From positions 2,356,001 through 2,420,000 of the forward strand of contig OZ059894.1 in NCBI GenBank assembly GCA_964057225.1: DNA of 64,000 nucleotides, in the 5' to 3' direction. The notes under the pieces were generated by a model. It searched no databases. It worked only from the letters and a program-made list of their open reading frames with translations, and had not been told where the DNA came from. Both the position numbers and the translations under genes were made by a program. The DNA comes from Auanema rhodensis. Its lineage: Eukaryota; Animalia; Nematoda. Of this stretch, positions 38,611-53,702 are shown in pieces (position 1 is the first letter of the stretch; every line of letters begins with the position of its first letter).

Positions 38611-41600
38611 AAATCGAGGATATAAGTGTGAACTTATATCAGTTGATATCTCGGTGCATTTTTAAGCTAGCGCAAATCTGATAACACAGATCGACGCAGC
38701 TTAAAAATCCGCATCGAATGCACTATACTACATTGAGGAGCGCTTAATACAAAAATTAGTTATGATTGTTTGAAAAATGATGCATTAGTGTATGTTGAGT
38801 TTCCATGTACACTCAACATTGCTTCCAAAAACATTTTGACAAAAATTTTTTCGAAAAATTTCAAAATAATTTAGCAAAAAGTAGATGTTTTTAGATTCCT
38901 TTTTTCAAGGCAAAGACGATGGACAATGTTATTCAACGAAAAAATTAATTCTTCAGGGTGAAAATCGAGGATATAAGTGTGAACTTATATCAGTTGATAT
39001 CTCGGTGCATTTTTAAGCTAGCGCAAATCTGATAACACAGATCGACGCAGCTTAAAAATCCGCATCGAATGCACTATACTACATTGAGAAACGCTCAATA
39101 CAAAATGTAGTTATGATCGTTTGAAAAATGATGCATTAGTGTATGTTGAGTTTCCATGTACACTCAACATTGCTTCCAAAAACATTTTGACAAAAATTTT
39201 TTCGAAAAATTTCAAAATAATTTAGCAAGAAGTAGATGTTTTTAGATTCCTTTTTTCAAGGCAAAGACGATGGACATTGTTATTCAACGAAAAAATCAAT
39301 TCTTCAGGGTGAAAATCGAGGATCTAAGTGTGAACTTATATCAGTTGATATCTCGGTGCATTTTTAAGCTAGCGCAAATCTGATAACACAGATCGACGCA
39401 GCTTAAAAATCCGCATCGAATGCACTATCCTACATTGAGAAACGCTCAATACAAAATGTAGTTATGATCGTTTGAAAAATGATGCATTAGTGTATGTTGA
39501 GTTTCCATGTACACTCAACATTGCTTCCAAAAACATTTTGACAAAAATTTTTTCGAAAAATTTCAAAATAATTTAGCAAGAAGTAGATGTTTTTAGATTC
39601 CTTTTTTCAAGGCAAAGACGATGGACAATGTTATTCAACGAAAAAATAATTTCTTCAGGGTGAAAATCGAGGATATAAGTGTGAACTTATATCAGTTGAT
39701 ATCTCGGTGCATTTTTAAGCTAGCGCAAATCTGATAACACAGATCGACGCAGCTTAAAAATCCGCATCGAATGCACTATACTACATTGAGGAACGCTTAA
39801 TACAAAAATTAGTTATGATCGTTTGAAAAATAATGCATTAGTGTATGTTGAGTTTCCATGTACACTCAACATAGCTTCCAAAAACATTTTGACAAAAATT
39901 TTTTCGAAAAATTTCAAAATAATTTAGCGAAAAGTAGATGTTTTTAGATTCCTTTTTTCAAGGCAAAGACGATGGACATTGTTATTCAACGAAAAAATCA
40001 ATTCTTCAGGGTGAAAATCGAGGATCTAAGTGTGAACTTATATCAGTTGATATCTCGGTGCATTTTTAAGCTAGCGCAAATCTGATAACACAGATCGACG
40101 CAGCTTAAAAATCCGCATCGAATGCACTATACTACATTGAGAAACGCTCAATACAAAATGTAGTTATGATCGTTTGAAAAATGATGCATTAGTGTATGTT
40201 GAGTTTCCATGTACACTCAACATTGCTTCCAAAAACATTTTGACAAAAATTTTTTCGAAAAATTTCAAAATAATTTAGCGAAAAGTAGATGTTTTTAGAT
40301 TCCTTTTTTCAAGGCAAAGACGATGGACATTGTTATTCAACGAAAAAATCAATTCTTCAGGGTGAAAATCGAGGATCTAAGTGTGAACTTATATCAGTTG
40401 ATATCTCGGTGCATTTTTAAGCTAGCGCAAATCTGATAACACAGATCGACGCAGCTTAAAAATCCGCATCGAATGCACTATACTACATTGAGAAACGCTC
40501 AATACAAAATGTAGTTATGATCGTTTGAAAAATGATGCATTAGTGTATGTTGAGTTTCCATGTACACTCAACATTGCTTCCAAAAACATTTTGACAAAAA
40601 TTTTTTCGAAAAACTTCAAAATAATTTAGCGAAAAGTAGATGTTTTTAGATTCCTTTTTTCAAGGCAAAGACGATGGACAATGTTATTCAACGAAAAAAT
40701 AATTTCTTCAGGGTGAAAATCGAGGATATAAGTGTGAACTTATATCAGTTGATATCTCGGTGCATTTTTAAGCTAGCGCAAATCTGATAACACAGATCGA
40801 CGCAGCTTAAAAATCCGCATCGAATGCACTATACTACATTGAGGAGCGCTTAATACAAAAATTAGTTATGATTGTTTGAAAAATGATGCATTAGTGTATG
40901 TTGAGTTTCCATGTACACTCAACATTGCTTCCAAAAACATTTTGACAAAAATTTTTTCGAAAAATTTCAAAATAATTTAGCAAAAAGTAGATGTTTTTAG
41001 ATTCCTTTTTTCAAGGCAAAGACGATGGACAATGTTATTCAACGAAAAAATTAATTCTTCAGGGTGAAAATCGAGGATATAAGTGTGAACTTATATCAGT
41101 TGATATCTCGGTGCATTTTTAAGCTAGCGCAAATCTGATAACACAGATCGACGCAGCTTAAAAATCCGCATCGAATGCACTATACTACATTGAGAAACGC
41201 TCAATACAAAATGTAGTTATGATCGTTTGAAAAATGATGCATTAGTGTATGTTGAGTTTCCATGTACACTCAACATTGCTTCCAAAAACATTTTGACAAA
41301 AATTTTTTCGAAAAATTTCAAAATAATTTAGCAAGAAGTAGATGTTTTTAGATTCCTTTTTTCAAGGCAAAGACGATGGACATTGTTATTCAACGAAAAA
41401 ATCAATTCTTCAGGGTGAAAATCGAGGATCTAAGTGTGAACTTATATCAGTTGATATCTCGGTGCATTTTTAAGCTAGCGCAAATCTGATAACACAGATC
41501 GACGCAGCTTAAAAATCCGCATCGAATGCACTATCCTACATTGAGAAACGCTCAATACAAAATGTAGTTATGATCGTTTGAAAAATGATGCATTAGTGTA

Positions 41601-44600
41601 TGTTGAGTTTCCATGTACACTCAACATTGCTTCCAAAAACATTTTGACAAAAATTTTTTCGAAAAATTTCAAAATAATTTAGCAAGAAGTAGATGTTTTT
41701 AGATTCCTTTTTTCAAGGCAAAGACGATGGACAATGTTATTCAACGAAAAAATAATTTCTTCAGGGTGAAAATCGAGGATATAAGTGTGAACTTATATCA
41801 GTTGATATCTCGGTGCATTTTTAAGCTAGCGCAAATCTGATAACACAGATCGACGCAGCTTAAAAATCCGCATCGAATGCACTATACTACATTGAGGAAC
41901 GCTTAATACAAAAATTAGTTATGATCGTTTGAAAAATAATGCATTAGTGTATGTTGAGTTTCCATGTACACTCAACATAGCTTCCAAAAACATTTTGACA
42001 AAAATTTTTTCGAAAAATTTCAAAATAATTTAGCGAAAAGTAGATGTTTTTAGATTCCTTTTTTCAAGGCAAAGACGATGGACATTGTTATTCAACGAAA
42101 AAATCAATTCTTCAGGGTGAAAATCGAGGATCTAAGTGTGAACTTATATCAGTTGATATCTCGGTGCATTTTTAAGCTAGCGCAAATCTGATAACACAGA
42201 TCGACGCAGCTTAAAAATCCGCATCGAATGCACTATACTACATTGAGAAACGCTCAATACAAAATGTAGTTATGATCGTTTGAAAAATGATGCATTAGTG
42301 TATGTTGAGTTTCCATGTACACTCAACATTGCTTCCAAAAACATTTTGACAAAAATTTTTTCGAAAAATTTCAAAATAATTTAGCGAAAAGTAGATGTTT
42401 TTAGATTCCTTTTTTCAAGGCAAAGACGATGGACATTGTTATTCAACGAAAAAATCAATTCTTCAGGGTGAAAATCGAGGATCTAAGTGTGAACTTATAT
42501 CAGTTGATATCTCGGTGCATTTTTAAGCTAGCGCAAATCTGATAACACAGATCGACGCAGCTTAAAAATCCGCATCGAATGCACTATACTACATTGAGAA
42601 ACGCTCAATACAAAATGTAGTTATGATCGTTTGAAAAATGATGCATTAGTGTATGTTGAGTTTCCATGTACACTCAACATTGCTTCCAAAAACATTTTGA
42701 CAAAAATTTTTTCGAAAAACTTCAAAATAATTTAGCGAAAAGTAGATGTTTTTAGATTCCTTTTTTCAAGGCAAAGACGATGGACATTGTTATTCAACGA
42801 AAAAATCAATTCTTCAGGGTGAAAATCGAGGATCTAAGTGTGAACTTATATCAGTTGATATCTCGGTGCATTTTTAAGCTAGCGCAAATCTGATAACACA
42901 GATCGACGCAGCTTAAAAATCCGCATCGAATGCACTATACTACATTGAGAAACGCTCAATACAAAATGTAGTTATGATCGTTTGAAAAATGATGCATTAG
43001 TGTATGTTGAGTTTCCATGTACGCTCAACATTGCTTCCAAAAACATTTTGACAAAAATTTTTTCGAAAAATTTCAAAATAATTTAGCAAAAAGTAGATGT
43101 TTTTAGATTCCTTTTTTCAAGGCAAAGACGATGGACAATGTTATTCAACGAAAAAATTAATTCTTCAGGGTGAAAATCGAGGATCTAAGTGTGAACTTAT
43201 ATCAGTTGATATCTCGGTGCATTTTTAAGCTAGCGCAAATCTGATAACACAGATCGACGCAGCTTAAAAATCCGCATCGAATGCACTATCCTACATTGAG
43301 AAACGCTCAATACAAAATGTAGTTATGATCGTTTGAAAAATGATGCATTAGTGTATGTTGAGTTTCCATGTACACTCAACATTGCTTCCAAAAACATTTT
43401 GACAAAAATTTTTTCGAAAAATTTCAAAATAATTTAGCAAGAAGTAGATGTTTTTAGATTCCTTTTTTCAAGGCAAAGACGATGGACAATGTTATTCAAC
43501 GAAAAAATAATTTCTTCAGGGTGAAAATCGAGGATATAAGTGTGAACTTATATCAGTTGATATCTCGGTGCATTTTTAAGCTAGCGCAAATCTGATAACA
43601 CAGATCGACGCAGCTTAAAAATCCGCATCGAATGCACTATACTACATTGAGGAACGCTTAATACAAAAATTAGTTATGATCGTTTGAAAAATAATGCATT
43701 AGTGTATGTTGAGTTTCCATGTACACTCAACATAGCTTCCAAAAACATTTTGACAAAAATTTTTTCGAAAAATTTCAAAATAATTTAGCGAAAAGTAGAT
43801 GTTTTTAGATTCCTTTTTTCAAGGCAAAGACGATGGACATTGTTATTCAACGAAAAAATCAATTCTTCAGGGTGAAAATCGAGGATCTAAGTGTGAACTT
43901 ATATCAGTTGATATCTCGGTGCATTTTTAAGCTAGCGCAAATCTGATAACACAGATCGACGCAGCTTAAAAATCCGCATCGAATGCACTATACTACATTG
44001 AGAAACGCTCAATACAAAATGTAGTTATGATCGTTTGAAAAATGATGCATTAGTGTATGTTGAGTTTCCATGTACACTCAACATTGCTTCCAAAAACATT
44101 TTGACAAAAATTTTTTCGAAAAATTTCAAAATAATTTAGCGAAAAGTAGATGTTTTTAGATTCCTTTTTTCAAGGCAAAGACGATGGACATTGTTATTCA
44201 ACGAAAAAATCAATTCTTCAGGGTGAAAATCGAGGATCTAAGTGTGAACTTATATCAGTTGATATCTCGGTGCATTTTTAAGCTAGCGCAAATCTGATAA
44301 CACAGATCGACGCAGCTTAAAAATCCGCATCGAATGCACTATACTACATTGAGAAACGCTCAATACAAAATGTAGTTATGATCGTTTGAAAAATGATGCA
44401 TTAGTGTATGTTGAGTTTCCATGTACACTCAACATTGCTTCCAAAAACATTTTGACAAAAATTTTTTCGAAAAACTTCAAAATAATTTAGCGAAAAGTAG
44501 ATGTTTTTAGATTCCTTTTTTCAAGGCAAAGACGATGGACATTGTTATTCAACGAAAAAATCAATTCTTCAGGGTGAAAATCGAGGATCTAAGTGTGAAC

Positions 44601-44928
44601 TTATATCAGTTGATATCTCGGTGCATTTTTAAGCTAGCGCAAATCTGATAACACAGATCGACGCAGCTTAAAAATCCGCATCGAATGCACTATACTACAT
44701 TGAGAAACGCTCAATACAAAATGTAGTTATGATCGTTTGAAAAATGATGCATTAGTGTATGTTGAGTTTCCATGTACACTCAACATTGCTTCCAAAAACA
44801 TTTTGACAAAAATTTTTTCGAAAAATTTCAAAATAATTTAGCAAGAAGTAGATGTTTTTAGATTCCTTTTTTCAAGGCAAAGACGATGGACAATGTTATT
44901 CAACGAAAAAATAATTTCTTCAGGGTGA
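38611..44928. repeat. 6-mer tandem duplication (38611-40716 and 40717-42822) followed by a shortened 5-mer copy
   Basis: GAGGAGC is at 38740 and 40846. TATCCT is at 39429, 41535 and 43290. AAACTTC is at 40614, 42720 and 44475. The offsets are 2106 and then 1755. Confidence 0.87.
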
Positions 44929-47900
44929 AAATCGAGGATATAAGTGTGAACTTATATCAGTTGATATCTCGGTGCATTTTTAAGCTAGCGCAAATCTGAT
45001 AACACAGATCGACGCAGCTTAAAAATCCGCATCGAATGCACTATACTACATTGAGGAACGCTTAATACAAAAATTAGTTATGATCGTTTGAAAAATAATG
45101 CATTAGTGTATGTTGAGTTTCCATGTACACTCAACATAGCTTCCAAAAACATTTTGACAAAAATTTTTTCGAAAAATTTCAAAATAATTTAGCGAAAAGT
45201 AGATGTTTTTAGATTCCTTTTTTCAAGGCAAAGACGATGGACATTGTTATTCAACGAAAAAATCAATTCTTCAGGGTGAAAATCGAGGATCTAAGTGTGA
45301 ACTTATATCAGTTGATATCTCGGTGCATTTTTAAGCTAGCGCAAATCTGATAACACAGATCGACGCAGCTTGAAAATCCGCATCGAATGCACTATACTAC
45401 ATTGAGGAACGCTTAATACAAAAATTAGTTATGATCGTTTGAAAAATAATGCATTAGTGTATGTTGAGTTTCCATGTACACTCAACATAGCTTCCAAAAA
45501 CATTTTGACAAAAATTTTTTCGAAAAATTTCGAAATAATTTAGCAAAAAGTAGATGTTTTTAGATTCCTTTTTTCAAGGCAAAGACGATGGACATTGTTA
45601 TTCAACGAAAAAATCAATTCTTCAGGGTGAAAATCGAGGATCTAAGTGTGAACTTATATCAGTTGATATCTCGGTGCATTTTTAAGCTAACGCAAATCTG
45701 ATAACACAGATCGACGCAGCTTAAAAATCCGCATCGAATGCACTATACTACATTGAGAAACGCTCAATACAAAATGTAGTTATGATCGTTTGAAAAATGA
45801 TGCATTAGTGTATGTTGAGTTTCCATGTACACTCAACATTGCTTCCAAAAACATTTTGACAAAAATTTTTTCGAAAAATTTCAAAATAATTTAGCAAGAA
45901 GTAGATGTTTTTAGATTCCTTTTTTCAAGGCAAAGACGATGGACAATGTTATTCAACGAAAAAATAATTTCTTCAGGGTGAAAATCGAGGATATAAGTGT
46001 GAACTTATATCAGTTGATATCTCGGTGCATTTTTAAGCTAGCGCAAATCTGATAACACAGATCGACGCAGCTTAAAAATCCGCATCGAATGCACTATACT
46101 ACATTGAGGAACGCTTAATACAAAAATTAGTTATGATCGTTTGAAAAATAATGCATTAGTGTATGTTGAGTTTCCATGTACACTCAACATAGCTTCCAAA
46201 AACATTTTGACAAAAATTTTTTCGAAAAATTTCAAAATAATTTAGCGAAAAGTAGATGTTTTTAGATTCCTTTTTTCAAGGCAAAGACGATGGACATTGT
46301 TATTCAACGAAAAAATCAATTCTTCAGGGTGAAAATCGAGGATCTAAGTGTGAACTTATATCAGTTGATATCTCGGTGCATTTTTAAGCTAGCGCAAATC
46401 TGATAACACAGATCGACGCAGCTTAAAAATCCGCATCGAATGCACTATACTACATTGAGAAACGCTCAATACAAAATGTAGTTATGATCGTTTGAAAAAT
46501 GATGCATTAGTGTATGTTGAGTTTCCATGTACACTCAACATTGCTTCCAAAAACATTTTGACAAAAATTTTTTCGAAAAATTTCAAAATAATTTAGCAAG
46601 AAGTAGATGTTTTTAGATTCCTTTTTTCAAGGCAAAGACGATGGACAATGTTATTCAACGAAAAAATAATTTCTTCAGGGTGAAAATCGAGGATATAAGT
46701 GTGAACTTATATCAGTTGATATCTCGGTGCATTTTTAAGCTAGCGCAAATCTGATAACACAGATCGACGCAGCTTGAAAATCCGCATCGAATGCACTATA
46801 CTAAATTGAGAAACGCTTAATACAAAAATTAGTTATGATCGTTTGAAAAATAATGCATTAGTGTATGTTGAGTTTCCATGTACACTCAACATAGCTTCCA
46901 AAAACATTTTGACAAAAATTTTTTCGAAAAATTTCAAAATAATTTAGCGAAAAGTAGATGTTTTTAGATTCCTTTTTTCAAGGCAAAGACGATGGACATT
47001 GTTATTCAACGAAAAAATCAATTCTTCAGGGTGAAAATCGAGGATCTAAGTGTGAACTTATATCAGTTGATATCTCGGTGCATTTTTAAGCTAGCGCAAA
47101 TCTGATAACACAGATCGACGCAGCTTAAAAATCCGCATCGAATGCACTATACTACATTGAGGAACGCTTAATACAAAAATTAGTTATGATCGTTTGAAAA
47201 ATAATGCATTAGTGTATGTTGAGTTTCCATGTACACTCAACATAGCTTCCAAAAACATTTTGACAAAAATTTTTTCGAAAAATTTCAGAATAATTTAGCA
47301 AAAAGTAGATGTTTTTAGATTTCTTTTCTCAAGGCAAAGACGATGGACAATGTTATTCAACGAAAAAATTATTTCTTCAGGGTGAAAATCGAGGATATAA
47401 GTGTGAACTTATATCAATTGATATCTCGGTGCATTTTTAAGCTAGCGCAAATCTGATAACACAGATCGACGCAGCTTGAAAATCCGCATCGAATGCACTA
47501 TACTACATTGAGAAACGCTTAATACAAAAATTAGTTATGATTGTTTGAAAAATGATGCATTAGTGTATGTTGAGTTTCCATGTACGCTCAACATTGCTTC
47601 CAAAAACATTTTGACAAAAATTTTTTCGAAAAATTTCAAAATAATTTAGCAAAAAGTAGATGTTTTTAGATTCCTTTTTTCAAGGCAAAGACGATGGACA
47701 ATGTTATTCAACGAAAAAATTAATTCTTCAGGGTGAAAATCGAGGATATAAGTGTGAACTTATATCAGTTGAGATCTCGGTGCATTTTTAAGCTAGCGCA
47801 AATCTGATAACACAGATCGACGCAGCTTAAAAATCCGCATCGAATGCACTATACTACATTGAAGAACGCTTAATACAAAAATTAGTTATGATCGTTTGAA

Positions 47901-50900
47901 AAATAATGCATTAGTGTATGTTGAGTTTCCATGTACACTCAACATAGCTTCCAAAAACATTTTGACAAAAATTTTTTCGAAAAATTTCAGAATAATTTAG
48001 CAAAAAGTAGATGTTTTTAGATTTCTTTTCTCAAGGCAAAGACGATGGACAATGTTATTCAACGAAAAAATTAATTCTTCAGGGTGAAAATCGAGGATAT
48101 AAGTGTGAACTTATATCAATTGATATCTCGGTGCATTTTTAAGCTAGCGCAAATCTGATAACACAGATCGACGCAGCTTAAAAATCCGCATCGAATGCAC
48201 TATACTACATTGAGAAACGCTCAATACAAAATGTAGTTATGATCGTTTGAAAAATGATGCATTAGTGTATGTTGAGTTTCCATGTACACTCAACATTGCT
48301 TCCAAAAACATTTTGACAAAAATTTTTTCGAAAAATTTCAAAATAATTTAGCGAAAAGTAGATGTTTTTAGATTCCTTTTTTCAAGGCAAAGACGATGGA
48401 CATTGTTATTCAACGAAAAAATCAATTCTTCAGGGTGAAAATCGAGGATCTAAGTGTGAACTTATATCAGTTGATATCTCGGTGCATTTTTAAGCTAGCG
48501 CAAATCTGATAACACAGATCGACGCAGCTTAAAAATCCGCATCGAATGCACTATACTACATTGAGGAACGCTTAATACAAAAATTAGTTATGATCGTTTG
48601 AAAAATAATGCATTAGTGTATGTTGAGTTTCCATGTACACTCAACATAGCTTCCAAAAACATTTTGACAAAAATTTTTTCGAAAAATTTCAAAATAATTT
48701 AGCGAAAAGTAGATGTTTTTAGATTCCTTTTTTCAAGGCAAAGACGATGGACATTGTTATTCAACGAAAAAATCAATTCTTCAGGGTGAAAATCGAGGAT
48801 CTAAGTGTGAACTTATATCAGTTGATATCTCGGTGCATTTTTAAGCTAGCGCAAATCTGATAACACAGATCGACGCAGCTTAAAAATCCGCATCGAATGC
48901 ACTATACTACATTGAGGAACGCTTAATACAAAAATTAGTTATGATCGTTTGAAAAATAATGCATTAGTGTATGTTGAGTTTCCATGTACACTCAACATAG
49001 CTTCCAAAAACATTTTGACAAAAATTTTTTCGAAAAATTTCAAAATAATTTAGCGAAAAGTAGATGTTTTTAGATTCCTTTTTTCAAGGCAAAGACGATG
49101 GACATTGTTATTCAACGAAAAAATCAATTCTTCAGGGTGAAAATCGAGGATCTAAGTGTGAACTTATATCAGTTGATATCTCGGTGCATTTTTAAGCTAG
49201 CGCAAATCTGATAACACAGATCGACGCAGCTTAAAAATCCGCATCGAATGCACTATACTACATTGAGAAACGCTCAATACAAAATGTAGTTATGATCGTT
49301 TGAAAAATGATGCATTAGTGTATGTTGAGTTTCCATGTACACTCAACATTGCTTCCAAAAACATTTTGACAAAAATTTTTTCGAAAAATTTCAAAATAAT
49401 TTAGCAAGAAGTAGATGTTTTTAGATTCCTTTTTTCAAGGCAAAGACGATGGACAATGTTATTCAACGAAAAAATAATTTCTTCAGGGTGAAAATCGAGG
49501 ATATAAGTGTGAACTTATATCAGTTGATATCTCGGTGCATTTTTAAGCTAGCGCAAATCTGATAACACAGATCGACGCAGCTTAAAAATCCGCATCGAAT
49601 GCACTATACTACATTGAAGAACGCTTAATACAAAAATTAGTTATGATCGTTTGAAAAATAATGCATTAGTGTATGTTGAGTTTCCATGTACACTCAACAT
49701 AGCTTCCAAAAACATTTTGACAAAAATTTTTTCGAAAAATTTCAAAATAATTTAGCGAAAAGTAGATGTTTTTAGATTCCTTTTTCAAGGCAAAGACGAT
49801 GGACAATGTTATTCAACGAAAAAATTAATTCTTCAGGGTGAAAATCGAGGATATAAGTGTGAACTTATATCAGTTGAGATCTCGGTGCATTTTTAAGCTA
49901 GCGCAAATCTGATAACACAGATCGACGCAGCTTAAAAATCCGCATCGAATGCACTATACTACATTGAAGAACGCTTAATACAAAAATTAGTTATGATCGT
50001 TTGAAAAATAATGCATTAGTGTATGTTGAGTTTCCATGTACACTCAACATAGCTTCCAAAAACATTTTGACAAAAATTTTTTCGAAAAATTTCAGAATAA
50101 TTTAGCAAAAAGTAGATGTTTTTAGATTTCTTTTCTCAAGGCAAAGACGATGGACAATGTTATTCAACGAAAAAATTAATTCTTCAGGGTGAAAATCGAG
50201 GATATAAGTGTGAACTTATATCAATTGATATCTCGGTGCATTTTTAAGCTAGCGCAAATCTGATAACACAGATCGACGCAGCTTAAAAATCCGCATCGAA
50301 TGCACTATACTACATTGAGAAACGCTCAATACAAAATGTAGTTATGATCGTTTGAAAAATGATGCATTAGTGTATGTTGAGTTTCCATGTACACTCAACA
50401 TTGCTTCCAAAAACATTTTGACAAAAATTTTTTCGAAAAATTTCAAAATAATTTAGCGAAAAGTAGATGTTTTTAGATTCCTTTTTTCAAGGCAAAGACG
50501 ATGGACATTGTTATTCAACGAAAAAATCAATTCTTCAGGGTGAAAATCGAGGATCTAAGTGTGAACTTATATCAGTTGATATCTCGGTGCATTTTTAAGC
50601 TAGCGCAAATCTGATAACACAGATCGACGCAGCTTAAAAATCCGCATCGAATGCACTATACTACATTGAGAAACGCTCAATACAAAATGTAGTTATGATC
50701 GTTTGAAAAATGATGCATTAGTGTATGTTGAGTTTCCATATACACTCAACATTGCTTCCAAAAACATTTTGACAAAAATTTTTTCGAAAAATTTCAAAAT
50801 AATTTAGCAAGAAGTAGATGTTTTTAGATTCCTTTTTTCAAGGCAAAGACGATGGACAATGTTATTCAACGAAAAAATAATTTCTTCAGGGTGAAAATCG

Positions 50901-53702
50901 AGGATATAAGTGTGAACTTATATCAGTTGATATCTCGGTGCATTTTTAAGCTAGCGCAAATCTGATAACACAGATCGACGCAGCTTAAAAATCCGCATCG
51001 AATGCACTATACTACATTGAGGAACGCTTAATACAAAAATTAGTTATGATCGTTTGAAAAATAATGCATTAGTGTATGTTGAGTTTCCATGTACACTCAA
51101 CATTGCTTCCAAAAACATTTTGACAAAAATTTTTTCGAAAAATTTCAAAATAATTTAGCAAGAAGTAGATGTTTTTAGATTCCTTTTTTCAAGGCAAAGA
51201 CGATGGACAATGTTATTCAACGAAAAAATAATTTCTTCAGGGTGAAAATCGAGGATATAAGTGTGAACTTATATCAGTTGATATCTCGGTGCATTTTTAA
51301 GCTAGCGCAAATCTGATAACACAGATCGACGCAGCTTGAAAATCCGCATCGAATGCACTATACTAAATTGAGAAACGCTTAATACAAAAATTAGTTATGA
51401 TCGTTTGAAAAATAATGCATTAGTGTATGTTGAGTTTCCATGTACACTCAACATAGCTTCCAAAAACATTTTGACAAAAATTTTTTCGAAAAATTTCAGA
51501 ATAATTTAGCAAAAAGTAGATGTTTTTAGATTTCTTTTCTCAAGGCAAAGACGATGGACAATGTTATTCAACGAAAAAATTAATTCTTCAGGGTGAAAAT
51601 CGAGGATATAAGTGTGAACTTATATCAATTGATATCTCGGTGCATTTTTAAGCTAGCGCAAATCTGATAACACAGATCGACGCAGCTTGAAAATCCGCAT
51701 CGAATGCACTATACTACATTGAGGAACGCTTAATACAAAAATTAGTTATGATCGTTTGAAAAATAATGCATTAGTGTATGTTGAGTTTCCATGTACACTC
51801 AACATAGCTTCCAAAAACATTTTGACAAAAATTTTTTCGAAAAATTTCAGAATAATTTAGCAAAAAGTAGATGTTTTTAGATTTCTTTTCTCAAGGCAAA
51901 GACGATGGACAATGTTATTCAACGAAAAAATTAATTCTTCAGGGTGAAAATCGAGGATATAAGTGTGAACTTATATCAATTGATATCTCGGTGCATTTTT
52001 AAGCTAGCGCAAATCTGATAACACAGATCGACGCAGCTTGAAAATCCGCATCGAATGCACTATACTACATTGAGAAACGCTTAATACAAAAATTAGTTAT
52101 GATTGTTTGAAAAATGATGCATTAGTGTATGTTGAGTTTCCATGTACGCTCAACATTGCTTCCAAAAACATTTTGACAAAAATTTTTTCGAAAAATTTCA
52201 GAATAATTTAGCAAAAAGTAGATGTTTTTAGATTCCTTTTTTCAAGGCAAAGACGATGGACAATGTTATTCAACGAAAAAATTAATTCTTCAGGGTGAAA
52301 ATCGAGGATATAAGTGTGAACTTATATCAGTTGAGATCTCGGTGCATTTTTAAGCTAGCGCAAATCTGATAACACAGATCGACGCAGCTTAAAAATCCGC
52401 ATCGAATGCACTATACTACATTGAAGAACGCTTAATACAAAAATTAGTTATGATCGTTTGAAAAATAATGCATTAGTGTATGTTGAGTTTCCATGTACAC
52501 TCAACATAGCTTCCAAAAACATTTTGACAAAAATTTTTTCGAAAAATTTCAGAATAATTTAGCAAAAAGTAGATGTTTTTAGATTTCTTTTCTCAAGGCA
52601 AAGACGATGGACAATGTTATTCAACGAAAAAATTAATTCTTCAGGGTGAAAATCGAGGATATAAGTGTGAACTTATATCAATTGATATCTCGGTGCATTT
52701 TTAAGCTAGCGCAAATCTGATAACACAGATCGACGCAGCTTAAAAATCCGCATCGAATGCACTATACTACATTGAGAAACGCTCAATACAAAATGTAGTT
52801 ATGATCGTTTGAAAAATGATGCATTAGTGTATGTTGAGTTTCCATGTACACTCAACATTGCTTCCAAAAACATTTTGACAAAAATTTTTTCGAAAAATTT
52901 CAAAATAATTTAGCAAAAAGTAGATGTTTTTAGATTTCATTTTTCAAGGCAAAGACGATGGACAATGTTATTCAACGAAAAAATTATTCCTTCAGGGTGA
53001 AAATCGAGGATATAAGTGTGAACTTATATCAGTTGATATCTCGGTGCATTTTTAAGCTAGCGCAAATCTGATAACACAGATCGACGCAGCTTAAAAATCC
53101 GCATCGAATGCACTATACTACATTGAGAAACGCTCAATACAAAATGTAGTTATGATCGTTTGAAAAATGATGCATTAGTGTATGTTGAGTTTCCATGTAC
53201 ACTCAACATTGCTTCCAAAAACATTTTGACAAAAATTTTTTCGAAAAATTTCAAAATAATTTAGCGAGAAGTAGATGTTTTTAGATTCCTTTTTTCAAGG
53301 CAAAGACGATGGACAATGTTATTCAACGAAAAAATAATTTCTTCAGGGTGAAAATCGAGGATATAAGTGTGAACTTATATCAGTTGATATCTCGGTGCAT
53401 TTTTAAGCTAGCGCAAATCTGATAACACAGATCGACGCAGCTTAAAAATCCGCATCGAATGCACTATACTACATTGAGAAACGCTCAATACAAAATGTAG
53501 TTATGATCGTTTGAAAAATGATGCATTAGTGTATGTTGAGTTTCCATGTACACTCAACATTGCTTCCAAAAACATTTTGACAAAAATTTTTTCGAAAAAT
53601 TTCAAAATAATTTAGCAAGAAGTAAATGTTTTTAGATTCCTTTTCTCAAGGCAAAGACGATGGACAATGTTATTCAACGAAAAAATTAATTCTTCAGGGT
53701 GA

